64,000 nucleotides of DNA, from NCBI RefSeq assembly GCF_006345805.1, contig NC_043002.1, positions 101,122,001 to 101,186,000 of the forward strand, in the 5' to 3' direction. The translations under genes and the position numbers were made by a program. The first letter of the stretch is position 1. Every line of letters starts with the position of its first letter. A model generated the notes under the pieces. The model did not search any database. It was not told the DNA's origin and saw only the letters and a list, made by a program, of their open reading frames with translations. Positions 50,720 to 62,846 of the stretch are shown here, in pieces. Source of the stretch: Octopus sinensis. Lineage: Eukaryota.

Positions 50720-52140
50720 TTACGGAGTGAATTTTAGAGCTTATAATTTCCCTATCCTTCCTTAATACCTATTTCTTTATTACCCACAAGGGGCTAAACA
50801 TAGAGGGGACAAACAAGGACAGACATAGGTATTAAGTCGATTATATCGACCCCAGAGCGTAACTGGTACTTAATTTATCGACCCCGAAAGGATGAAAGGC
50901 AAAGTTGACCTCGGCGGAATTTGAACTCACAACGTAACGACAGACGAAATACCGCTAAGCATTTCATCCGGCGTGCTAACGTTTCTGCCAGCTCGCCGCC
51001 TTAATACCGGTTCCGATATGCTATTCATATCTGCACTCAGTCTGCTTAGGAGGTTGTTGTGTCCTAGCATATGTGCTGCTTATTTTAGTTTTCGTATTTT
51101 CCAGCGGTGTTCTCTGTCTATTATTTTAACTTCGTCCCACAGAGGAAGGTCGTCTCTAGTTTTCCATACATGATCAGCTATACCCGATATATCAATATCT
51201 CCTCATGTCACAGCTTTGCAATGTTCGTCTACCCTTATTTTGAGGAGGCGGCATGTTTCGCCTTTGTATAACCTACCGCAGCTGCATGGGATGAAGTAGA
51301 AGCAATCTTTGGTCATATTCTCTTCTATTGGTGGTTTTACCCGAAGGAGATATTTGCGAATTGTTGTATTACTCTTGAATACTGTCCTGATGCCATATGG
51401 ACCACATATCTTTTGTATCTTTTCGGAGAGACCTTTCACATAGGGTAGACAGACTGTGGACAGTTTATTGGTTTCATCCTCTCTTTTCTTCGTAATTGGA
51501 GTGGATAGTATATTTTTGGGAGTAGCTGTTGCTTAACAGATCATTATTGAGCTTGATCATTTCTTCTTGGTGTGTATCACGATCACTACTTATATTCTTT
51601 GCACGTTGTTTTAGGCACTAAGCAATCCCTCTCTTTACACTGTATGGATGTTGGGAATTGAAGTTGAGGTAACATCCAGTAAAGTTTGGCTTGCGGTATA
51701 CGGATGTCCTGAATCCATACTTGGTGCGTGTTATTAATACGTCCAGGAATGCTAGCTGATTGTCTTTTTCATTTTCCATTGTGAACTGTATGGATGGCTT
51801 TATTGAGTTCACATGATCCAACAGCACTTGGACATATTCCTGGTGGGGCCAGAGTATAAAGGTGTCATCAACATATCGCATCCATAAGGTTGGTTTTAGT
51901 GGTTTGATCCTAAAATCAAATTCTCAAAGTATTCCATGAATATGTTGGCTATTATCGGTGATAATAAGCGAACGCATAGCTAAACTCTCTTCTTGTCGAT
52001 ATATATCAGTGTCCATACTGAAGTATGTAGTTTCTACACAGAAGGTCAACATTTTCATGAAGTTTCTTATTGGTGTACTAGTGCGTTCTTTTAGATGGGT
52101 GTCTGTCACTAGTTTTTCTTGAATTCAAGAAAAAACTAGA
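50720..52140 (-). mobile_element. Penelope-like element: RT plus GIY-YIG, decayed, interrupted by a SINE
   Basis: MRYVDDTFILW..IQFTME.E..LAFLDV..VYRKP..YLNFNSQHP; YFIPCSCGRLYKGET.R..RVDEH; WDEVKIIDRE.WK.RKLK. Confidence 0.92.
50769..51000 (-). mobile_element. SINE family C with a 9-bp TSD
   Basis: TSD ccttaatac at 50760-50768 and 50999-51007. Confidence 0.92.
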
Positions 52141-52153
52141 GACAGACACTCAT

Positions 52154-52212
<59 letters not shown>

Positions 52213-52270
52213 CAACAACAAAATCGAAAAATACCTTAGGAATGAGAACCCAGGTTCGAAATTTTCGCAA

Positions 52271-52316
52271 GACACTTGATGAAGGCTGGAGGGTATATCA
52301 ACCGAAACGTTGTGTT
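52271..52316 (+). ncRNA. Minimal hammerhead motif (C3 to U) in a pLTR-like segment (about 52222-52385)
   Basis: gacac-TTGATGA-A-GGCTG..CAACC-GAAA-C-GT-T-gtgtt; palindrome AACGTT. Confidence 0.6.
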
Positions 52317-52786
52317 AACGGCAAACAAGATGAGAACAAATATCCATCAAATGTAAATAATGTAAATAATGTACATAATTCCTCATTTGTTAAATATGGA
52401 ACTGTGCCTGTGTATCTGTTTATCAGTCTGACTTTCAGTTGGTTACTATAACATAAACTATAAATACAGATGTATAAGAAAGAAGCAACGACAGAGAAAC
52501 AAAGACAGATAAATTGATAACATGAGAGACAGTAACGCGTGTGTGTATGTGTGCGTGTGTGTGAAGGAGAGGGGAAAAGAGAGAGAGAGAGAAGTAGAGA
52601 AAGGGAGTGAGAAAGAAGTAGATAGAGATAAATAAATATATAGAAAGAGAGGAGAACAAATCGTAATAGTAAAAGTTCCTGTTTACGGCTTTGGTTGTTG
52701 GGAATGGAAGAAATGATAGTGGTAAAAGAAGTAGATGATTGTGTGAATGAAGTGAATGACAGTATGAACGAGGACAGTGAAGGAAG

Positions 52787-52944
52787 CTATTTGTGTGTTT
52801 CTCTAACAATTACAGAAGGAGTTTGGACTGGAATCGCTGCAGCTGAGGTTACACAGGCTTTACTTTGGGAGTCAATATTTGCCAAAAATTGTCTCCCTAA
52901 CAACTTATTGACATTAGGTTGTTTGAAAATTAGATTGTTCCCGG
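52787..52944 (-). CDS. Candidate terminal coding exon, unknown protein (GNNLIFKQPNVNKLLGRQFLANIDSQSKACVTSAAAIPVQTPSVIVRETHK*)
   Basis: Long pyrimidine tract plus AAG acceptor, one open frame to TAG, non-repetitive sequence. Confidence 0.35.
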
Positions 52945-53447
52945 CTTTGAAAGAATAAGAAGTAAAAAAAAAAAAGTGGGAGAAAAGAAAAACGATGCTG
53001 CTTCTACCGTCTTTCCACCCCATAAAAATAGACAAATAGAAAAAAAAACAATTAAAAAATAACAGAAATAAAAATAAAATAAAATAAACATAAATAAAAA
53101 GCAAAAGTTAAATAGAGAATTATTCTCGCCTCTTGCTTGTGCGCTCGCTTAGCTTTTTCTGTTAGTAAACGAGTTTGGAGACTAATTTTACCCGATGACA
53201 AATGCAAATCCGCCCACCGCCATCTTACCTAAAGAGCCAATGTAGAAAGTAACAACAGACTTTTCTATTTTGCTTTTCATATTCAGTTTCGTTTTCCCCC
53301 ATAACACCTTTCCTTTACGTGTGTATTTATTTGTGTGCGTGTGTGTGTGTGTGCGTATGAATGTCCGTTCGAGTGGTTGACCTTTAATTCCTTTTAACCA
53401 TCAATGCCAAGATCATACTTGAGCACCATTAAATCTATCTATCTATG

Positions 53448-53491
<44 letters not shown>

Positions 53492-54072
53492 CCCCCCCCC
53501 TTTTAAAAAAAATTCTATTACCCCCTTTTTTGTCCTCTTTCTTTCCCTTTACGATCCCTTTTGATCGAAAACCAAACCCCCTTTCTTTACCCCAAAAAGA
53601 AAAGGTCTACCTTTTAATTTGTCCTGTCTGTGTGCAGCCCTGTGTGGCTAACAAAGAAACATATCTATCTATCTATCTATCTATCTGTCGAGTTTAAAGA
53701 GATATATAATCCCGGAGGTCACCGTGTTTCCTCTTAAATCGGTTTCAGATGCCAGCTAACCGCAACAGTTCTTTAGGGATACCCGAGGTAACAATCACTT
53801 GCTAGACTCTGGTGACTATACTTGCTTGCTAAATCCGAGTGTCCTGTTCAGGACAGCATTGTTTCCGTAGAGTATTTCCTTCAGTTTCATTTCGAAACGG
53901 CAATATATAAGGACACTTGATAAAACTGAACCGTTCATGACACCAGGATGCATGTCTAGCAATACGCAGTCGATGCAGCTGAAACGCGCGTGGGTCCAGA
54001 ACCGAATGTTGTAAACAACTGCTTAATAAAATTATAGATGTCAAAACTCGCCGTCTTCCTTATCATTATTAA

Positions 54073-54132
<60 letters not shown>

Positions 54133-54539
54133 AGAGAAAGAAAGAGAGAGGATAAAAAAAGAGACAGACATAAATAGATATATTTTTAGACGCATATGTA
54201 ATGATATAATTATATAGTGTGCTGTTCCGTGATGGTAGTATCAACAGAAAAAAGTACTTAGAGATAAATATTACTTAATAAATACATATGTTTTATGTGC
54301 TACTATTAGTTTCATGCTGGTATCCTTGCACAATCATCAGACACTGCCCATGTGGAATAACGAGGTAAAACTGGGCCGTTAGGATAACAAAAGTGAGAAA
54401 AGGCGAGAAAGGTGTAGATATAAAAGGTGAATGGTTAAAAAAACGGAAAACGAAAAAGAAGAAAAGAAGGAAGCAGAAGGTGGAGATTTGAGTCATTTCC
54501 CCTTAGACTGTAAGATATAAGACTGAAAAGATAGTGGGT

Positions 54540-54980
54540 TACAGTCTGTTGTAGAGTTGTTCAATCCGAAGAGGTTAATACTTTCCAATTAATCAACAGG
54601 AACTTCGCCATATGCTTACAACGACTGAAACTTTCGGATCTAGAATTCATTAGTGTGTTAGATTTCTAAGATCTGAAAATCAGATGCAGAAAAAAAAATA
54701 TTTAACAGGCGCTCAGTGAAATTATCTTATAGCTGCTGCTCCAATATGGAAAGCATCAATAGACGTGAACAATACCAAGAGCCCGCCACCAGTCGTAACT
54801 GTCGAGATTCAGGAACATGTCCACTCGACTAGAGATGTATGATTAAATCTGTCATATATGAGGCAGATGTTACAGCAACGCTTGATAATGATACAGCCGA
54901 TAAGAATAGCTATGTCGGACTATGTGAACACAAATTTAAAAAATCGCTATGCTAATCACATATCTTCCTTACGACACAGG
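54540..54980 (+). mobile_element. Penelope-like GIY-YIG region remnant (second family)
   Basis: KIFNRRSVKLSYSCCSNMESI; NCRDSGTCPL..C..SVIYEADV..YVGLCEHKFK.RYANHISS. Confidence 0.8.
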
Positions 54981-55039
54981 GAGGAAAGTAAAATTATCTG
55001 ATTGGTAGGAGAAGGCGTTGCATGGTAGATTCCCAAAGA

Positions 55040-55800
55040 TATTTGCAGCAAATAGTGGTAGTGAGACATGTTTATGGTTGCAGAAAAGAAAGCTGAAAAG
55101 GGAGACAAATTTTGTTAGCAACAGCACAAGATCAAGCGTTAGGGATTAATTGGATAAAAGCCAAGACAGACAAAAACCGAGTTGATTCCCAAAGAAGATT
55201 ATGCAAATCAAAAGATGAAAGCGTTACTCACATAGTAAGTGGATGTAGCATGCTGGCACAGAAAGAATAGAAGAAAAGAGATGACAACCTAGGGCGTGTG
55301 ATCCACTGGGAGTTATGTAGAAAGCTAGCTTTTGGCCATATTGATAAATGGTATGAACATGAATCTAGTAAAGTACAAGAAAGTAAGAAATACACGATGT
55401 TGTGGGACTTAAACTTTCAGACTGACAGTGTAATAGAAGGTAGAGGGCCTGATTTAGTAGTAGTTGATAACGAGAATAGAAAATGCCAGGTAATTGACTT
55501 TGCGGTCCCAAATGAGGAAAAATCAATATGAGAAGTATAGAGAAAGTAGCATAACAGCAGCAGCAGCAGCAGCTTGCAATTGAATTCCAGAGACTGTGAA
55601 AAGTGTGGATAAAGTGTATCCCAGTAGTTATAGGTGCACTGGGAACTATCGCTAAAGATTTGAACAGATGGAGAGAGGAAACAGGCATAAAACCCAGTTT
55701 AGTACAGCTCCAGAAAACAGTGTTGTTAGGCACAGCTAGGATACTTAAGAGGGTTCTTGCCATCCAAGGTTACATGTTGTAGCCCGATGTTAAGATTTTA
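55040..55800 (+). mobile_element. R4/Dong-type LINE 3' region (CCHC plus restriction-like endonuclease)
   Basis: RLCKSKDESVTHIVSGCSMLAQKE, IHWELC, GPDLVVVD..IDFAVP, IPVVIGALG, LQKTVLLGTARIL. Confidence 0.9.
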
Positions 55801-55829
55801 TCACTTCGGTATGGAGATGGAATCATAAA

Positions 55830-56490
55830 CTAGCAAAAGAAAGAACTGATGAATTTGGATATAAAGACACAGAAACTATTGACAGTTCCCAGAGCATTCC
55901 GCCCTAGGAGTGACACTGATAAGTTTTTCTTGTTCAGAAAAAAGGGTGGGAGAGGTTTGATAAGTTGTCAGCGTTGTGTGGAAACAGAAGGAAGCTGCTT
56001 AGTGTGGTATCTAAAGCATGGAACTGTTGCTGGTACCTTTGAAGATTGTATTAAGGAAGCAATATTTAGAGAGGAAAAGTACACGAAAAAGAGATGGTAT
56101 GGAAAAGGAAAAATGCACGGTGAGTTTGCACGAGATAGGAGCTCCAACACGTATAGAAGAACAAGCATTGGGGACAAAGTATGTGATTTGATAACACAAC
56201 TGAGAGCTACAAATGCAGAATGTGTGGTGAACGGACTGAAACAGTAAGGCACAGTGTCAGTGAATGCTCAAAATTGGCACAACGCGAATACAAAATACAT
56301 GACAATGTGGAAAGAATGAACGATTGGGAGCCCTGTAGAAATTAAGGTCTACAAAGATAAAAGGTCTGGTATGACCAAATCCCAGTGGGGTTAAGTTTTC
56401 GAAATCCTGTATGATTTCTAGAGTGACCATTAGATCAAACATCGGAAACCTGACATTGTTGTGGTGAATCAAAAAGAAAAAAAAAAGCAT
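55830..56490 (+). mobile_element. R4/Dong-type LINE fragment
   Basis: DIKTQKLLT..RKKGGRGLIS..KMHGEF; HRKPDIVVV. Confidence 0.8.
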
Positions 56491-56688
56491 GATTAGGAAA
56501 CAAAGGTCACCTTAGTCACCTGGCTGAGGACAGTTGACGCTTTTCATCATACCCAGCAAAATATGAGTTTTCATTATGTGAGTTTTCATTAATCCTCTCT
56601 AATATAGACACAAGGCTATTATTCTTGGGGGAGGTGTATAGTCGATTACATCAACCCCAGTGCTCAACTGGTACTTATTTTATCAAAA

Positions 56689-56920
56689 GGCGGCAAGCTG
56701 GCAGAAGCGTTAGCACGCCGGGCGAAATGCGTAGCCGTATTTCGTCTGCCGTTACATTCTGAGTTCAAATTCCACCGAGGTCGACTTTGCCTTTCATCCT
56801 TTCGGGGTCGATAAATTAAGTACCAGTTCCGTACTGGGGTCGATATAATCGACTTAATCCGTTTGTCTGTCCTTGTTTGTCCTCTCTGTGTTTAGCCCCT
56901 TGTGGGTAGTAAAGAAATAG
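56689..56920 (+). mobile_element. SINE family C with a 16-bp TSD, inserted into an older SINE
   Basis: TSD gtacttattttatcaa at 56671-56686 and 56921-56936. Confidence 0.92.
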
Positions 56921-57173
56921 GTACTTATTTTATCAATCAGTCGGTCTCAGCAGCATTCGAACTGAGAGCGTAAAGTCGGGCGAAATGTCTCTGAGCGTTT
57001 TACTCGCCGTCTTAATGATTCTGCCAGTTCGCCGCAATAAGGATGTCAACATCATCATTATCAGCAACAATAATGATAATAATAATGATTTCGAATTTTG
57101 GCTCAAGGCGAGCAATCGTGGGGGGTGGGGTGGGTGGAAGTTGATTACATCAACCACAGTGCTCAACTGGTCC

Positions 57174-57175
<2 letters not shown>

Positions 57176-57225
<50 letters not shown>

Positions 57226-57323
57226 TGATGATGATGATGATGATAATAATAATAATAATAATAATGATGATGATAATAATGATAATAATAATAGTAATAA
57301 TGATGATGATGATGATGATGATG

Positions 57324-57397
<74 letters not shown>

Positions 57398-57409
57398 TGA
57401 TGATGATGT

Positions 57410-57492
<83 letters not shown>
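57176..57492. repeat. (AAT)n/(GAT)n microsatellite
   Basis: Direct reading. Confidence 0.95.
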
Positions 57493-57493
<1 letters not shown>

Positions 57494-57689
57494 GATTTCA
57501 TGATGAAGATGAGGACGAAGAAGACAATATAAGTTAAAAGTCATCGAAGGATTTTCTCATCCCGTCAAACAAGAGAAGTGAGGTAAACGTTTTATAGAAG
57601 TGCACATACACACATCTCAGGCGCGTGCAGACACTCTTTCTCTCTCTCTCTGTCTTACACACACGCATGCACGCACGCACACACACGTA

Positions 57690-57724
<35 letters not shown>

Positions 57725-58027
57725 GTATATATGTATATATACACACACACATATATATATGTATATACACACACACACATATATATATATATATATGTGT
57801 GTGTATACTTATGTGTGTGTGTGCTTATGTATGTATAAATGTATGCGTGTGTATAAATACACAAATGTATATATATATCTTATCTATCGCTCTCCCTTTC
57901 TCTCCCTCATACTAACAGACTCACGCACGTACATATGCAAACATATGTGCAAATACAGAGACAGTCAGACGTATATTTATAATCTGCATGCACGCATACA
58001 TTTTGTACACGCACACACTCACATTTC

Positions 58028-58064
<37 letters not shown>

Positions 58065-58460
58065 ATAATCGAATTACCTCTCGAACGTCATTGTATTGTA
58101 TTTGTGGATTAGATTAAATTGATTTAATTCATGTACGTCGTCGTCTGCTAAGTCAATTTTTGGTCAGTCAAAGTTGGTTCCTGCCAGCAAAAGGTCAAAG
58201 GTTATTGATTTCAGCAGATTTATGGGTCAATACATAAATTAAACGAAACCACTTTTATTTTCCGTTTTCTGCTTTGGTAAATAAGAATTTTAATCTCGTA
58301 AAATAGAAAACTACTCTTGGCTTGCAACCATTCGACTTCTAATGCTGTGTGCATGCATATACATACCTATATGTATATACATACATACATACGTACATAC
58401 ATATATACATATATTTATAAATACACTCACTCACACACATATATATATACATGTTTATAT

Positions 58461-58491
<31 letters not shown>

Positions 58492-58493
58492 CA

Positions 58494-58582
<89 letters not shown>

Positions 58583-58586
<4 letters not shown>

Positions 58587-59830
58587 CACAAAAAAGCCCC
58601 CTGCAACAGTCAAAACCTGCCACTACACTAACCTCCACATTTCTACTCAATGCACAAGGTGTCAGTCCCTCGAACAATGCACAAAAATGGAAGATCCAAT
58701 TCATTGAGGATTGGGTTGGTAACTATTCACGCCACTTCACTTTCTTTATTATTACCGAGACCCACCTTGACAGCTCCCACTTTGAAACTGAAGTAAAAGT
58801 GCGGAAGCTCACAACCAGTTTATGAATCACTTTACGAATGTACCATGTCTCAACTTGTCCTTGCACCAACAATATATCTGAGCATTTTAGACCTTGTGTT
58901 TGGTAACCACACTAACACCATACACAATATTACAGCGGACAAAAGCTTTCATTCAGACCATGACACCGTCCTCTGTAACCTGATATTCCACCAGCCGAAA
59001 GCTTACTCTAGTGACCTTTCTGCAGCTCACCCATTTGAAACCATGGATCTCTATGATGCCGACTGGGAAGCAATCGTAAGCAATCCATAACATATTGACT
59101 GGTCTTTCATACATACATATACACACCTCCGTGAGGGCGCGTGGCTTAGTGGTTAGGGCATTCGGCTCATGATCGTAAGGTTGTGAGTTCGATTCCCAGC
59201 GACGCGTTGTGTCCCTGAGCAAGACACTTTATTTCACGTTGCTCCAGTCCACTCAGCTGGCAAAAATGAGTTGTACTTGTATTTCAAAGGGTCAGCCTTG
59301 TCACTCTCTGTGTCACGCTGATTTTCCCCGAGAACTACGTTAAGGGTACACGTGTCTGTGGAATGCTCAGCCATTTGCACGTTAATTTCACGAGCAAGCT
59401 GTTCCGTTGATCGTATCAGCTGGGACCCTCGTCGTCGTAACCGGCGGAGTCTTTAAGGATACACACCTCCAGCATCAAAATATCAGAGGTCCACTCATGA
59501 AAACCTTCTTGGCCCAAACGTTTACAGGACAAGTTATTACAATGACATTACTGATATCGTCGAGCACAGTAGCATAAGTATCTTTGCAGATGATTCCAGG
59601 CTCCAGAAGGTCATCAATGATGTGGATGACTGGGCATGCCTTCACTTTGATCTACTGGCTGTCATCCAATGGGCGGAAAATAATAATATGCTGCTAAACC
59701 AGGACAACTTCACCAGGTGCGTTAAGGTTTCCTAAACCAGAGTTAATCCACTTCGGAAAAGAGGATAACCTGAAACTCCCATACTCCCTTCCTTCAGATG
59801 AAACTCCCATGGCATCCAACTACATCAGCT
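58583..59830 (+). mobile_element. Heavily deleted APE-RT LINE
   Basis: [15 protein letters not shown]; LDLVF..SDHD; NDITDIVEHSSISIFADD..WAENNNMLLN. Confidence 0.75.
59131..59458 (+). mobile_element. tRNA-derived SINE family E with a CORE-like central motif and a 12-bp TSD
   Basis: A box TGGCTTAGTGG, B box GAGTTCGATTCC, gtgtccctgagcaagacactt; TSD atacacacctcc at 59119-59130 and 59459-59470. Confidence 0.9.
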
Positions 59831-59833
59831 CAT

Positions 59834-60267
59834 ATAAACATACCTGGAAAAGTACAGGACAAGTTATTACACCTGTAAAAGTAAAGGACAAACTATTACT
59901 TCAAGTAAAGTAAAGAATAAGAAACTTTTTACTTAAAATATTGCTGCAAAGAATGCCAGTTCTTCTAATTTATCACTCTTTACAGTTCTCATCTTTTAAT
60001 TTTATTGTTCAAAACTGTTCCGCTAATTTGTAAGTTTGTCTAATTAGTCACTTTTTTTATGTACTTATGGTAGTAAATTAGCCAAATTCTACTTAAATAA
60101 GTATAGTTATTTCTAAACTATAATAAAATAATTTTTGATATTCAAATTTTAATTTTAGCTGCAATATTTTAAGTAAAAAGTCTCTTATTCTTTATTTTAC
60201 TTGAAGTAATAGCTTGTCCTATACATTTACAGGTGTAATAACTTGTCCTGTACTCTTCCATGTTTAT
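59834..60267. mobile_element. MITE-like element with about 110-bp inverted arms
   Basis: 59834-59947 is approximately the reverse complement of 60158-60267. Confidence 0.8.
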
Positions 60268-60498
60268 AATCTTAAGAATATTACTTTTCATGCTTGCGTT
60301 TTTCCATTTTTCCATTGCTGTTATAACATAATTAATAATGTGTCAATAAATAATTTGAGATTTTACCTTATAAAATACTGAAAGATAATATTTCAATTTT
60401 TCCATGTAAATGATGATAATATTGCAATTTTCTCATGTTTAATTAAATTATATGCTGTGATTGAATTATTTGATATTACCCACCCACACCAAATTAAT

Positions 60499-61225
60499 GG
60501 CAGGAATTTGATGATAGGTTTGCTGTATCAGGGTTGATTTTAGGCGAAATAGCAGCAAAATTATGGTAAATTTCTATATTAAAACCCGCACGATTTTCAC
60601 TATGAAAAAAAAAAAAGAAACTTGGATTTTTTGCATGGAATCAAGTACCCTGACCTCCTAATAAGCTGCAACGCCCTTATTTTGATTTGGAAAAAGTAGG
60701 GGTGGGTCGAGGGGGACCCCCCCATGCCAGAATCATTGGAAATGTTTCTTTCGTTGAATGAATTTATGTGATCTAATATGCTACAAAACCCATTTTGGAT
60801 CCCGATAAACGGGGTGGGGTGAGGTGGAAGACTGGGAAATTTCATCCCCACCCCCGTTGATATTTTCACCCGCACGATTTTCATTAAGGTAAGAAAAAGG
60901 CTTCCACCTCAGCCCACCCCATTTTTCGGACCCCCAAAAGGGTTTTGTAGCATATTAGGAGATCACGGGAATTCATTCAACGAAAAAAAAAAAAAATTCC
61001 AATGATCCTGGGATTGGGGGTAGGCGGGTTTCCCCTCGCCCCACCGCTATTTTTTTGAATCAAAATAAGGGATTTGCAGATATTATGAGGTCAGGGCACT
61101 TGATTCCACGCAAAAAATCCATTTTTGGGGTTTTTTCCTTAGTGAAAATCGTGTTAATATAGAAATTTACCACAATGTTGTTATTTAGACTCAAATCAAC
61201 CCTTATCATCAAAGACATTCCAGCC
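60499..61225. mobile_element. About 730-bp fold-back element (almost entirely inverted repeat), GGC...GCC termini
   Basis: Arms about 60499-60840 and 60895-61225 align in reverse, e.g. gtaaatttctatattaa/ttaatatagaaatttac and ctaatatgctacaaaaccc/gggttttgtagcatattag. Confidence 0.8.
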
Positions 61226-61639
61226 TTCAGCAAACCGTCTTTTTTCGGATAATCAAGGACATTACGTACAATGAGCGTGTGATTTAGTTGGGGGAATACT
61301 TTGGTTGCTATTTTTAGCGTGTTGAGTGACAAGGTAGAGGCTCTTTCATTGGTTCGATTGCGTGATGAGATTATTTTCACATATATGTAATATGTATATA
61401 TATATATATATGTCATAGGCAGAAGTTAGAGAGTAAGTCAAAAGCTGAGAGTTTCGTGTATTGACGCTTATCAAACACGAATTTGTCCATTGTCACTCTG
61501 TAACTTCTGACGAAATAACTTCTGAAACACAAAATTTTGTGCAAAACATTAAGAGAAAACCCTATTTTATGTGACATATTCTACAAGTATCGGAAGTTTC
61601 AAAGTGTTGAGTTACAAAAATTTAATTAAATAATCTGTG

Positions 61640-61855
61640 TGTGTGTTTGTGTCTGTGTATGTCCCATCCAACATCGCTTGACAACCGATGCTGGTGTGTT
61701 TATGTCCACATCACTTAGCGGCTCGGCAAAAGAGACCGATAGAATAAGTACTGGGCTTACAAAAAATAAGTTGCTCGATTAAAGGTGGTGCTCCAGCATG
61801 GCCGCAGTCAAATGACTGAAACAAGTAAAAGAGTAAAAAAAGAGAGTAAAGAGAG
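61640..61855 (+). mobile_element. 5'-truncated SINE family A tail
   Basis: Matches 43255-43470. Confidence 0.85.
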
Positions 61856-62288
61856 TTATTTCTTGGGGCGTTACTCCCATATTTCTTTCATGACATTTTA
61901 CCTCATAATTCTTTTTCTACTAATTTTTGTTGAATGCGACCATTGATTCTGAATTCCTCAAGCATTTTTCTATCATTTAAGCGTATGAAAAGTATACTTT
62001 TATTTTAAAATTAGAAACTTTATGTTAATTGAAGATTAATACCTGCCTTACTGCCTTTCTCTTGACGTCTCACATATTTTAATTAACTTTTTTTCTAGCG
62101 AACCAAATCTCAAAATATTTATGCCAAAATGTAGCTGAGAAGGTGTCCTCTTTAAAACTGTTAACCGTTTGCAATTTAGTTAAACACTGAATTAATGGTG
62201 AAGCTTGGAAGCTGCAACGATTGACGAAATGGTGGACTTAAGAATACGTTCAACCACTACCGTGGTTTAATGATATACATATATATAT

Positions 62289-62350
62289 GTGGTGCTATTA
62301 AGTTAGACATGGCCTGGACCAATCTTTGGTCGAAACATATCTAAGTTTAT
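62289..62350 (+). mobile_element. About 60-bp LINE 3' end fragment
   Basis: Matches 48590-48640; tail (atctaagttt)x2. Confidence 0.7.
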
Positions 62351-62353
62351 CTA

Positions 62354-62400
<47 letters not shown>

Positions 62401-62799
62401 ATATGTGTACATATATATACATAAATATAGATATACATACATATACATATATATGCATTCACATACATATATTTATACATATATATACAAATAAAGTAAT
62501 AAACTGAGGAAAAGAAATCCGCCAAAGGTCTGTGTTAAACATCCAATTCACTGGTACTTGCTTGTCAATAGAATACATCTATATTTAATTTATCTTCATA
62601 TATACATATATATATACAAATATATATATACATGCATATATATATATATATATACATATATACACACACATATATATATATGTATATACATATATTTATA
62701 TATACATATGTATATATATACATATATTTATATATGCACACATATATATATATATATATACATATATTTATATATACATATATTTATATGTGCATATAC

Positions 62800-62846
<47 letters not shown>

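Noticed and set aside
52600-52789. Open frame continuing past the TAG at 52787 (possible readthrough)
   Set aside because: The downstream sequence is pyrimidine-rich and low complexity, so a stop-free frame is expected.
53940-53997. GAAACGCGCGT palindrome resembling a PLE hammerhead stem III
   Set aside because: No CUGANGA core upstream and G at the cleavage position; at most a very decayed relic.
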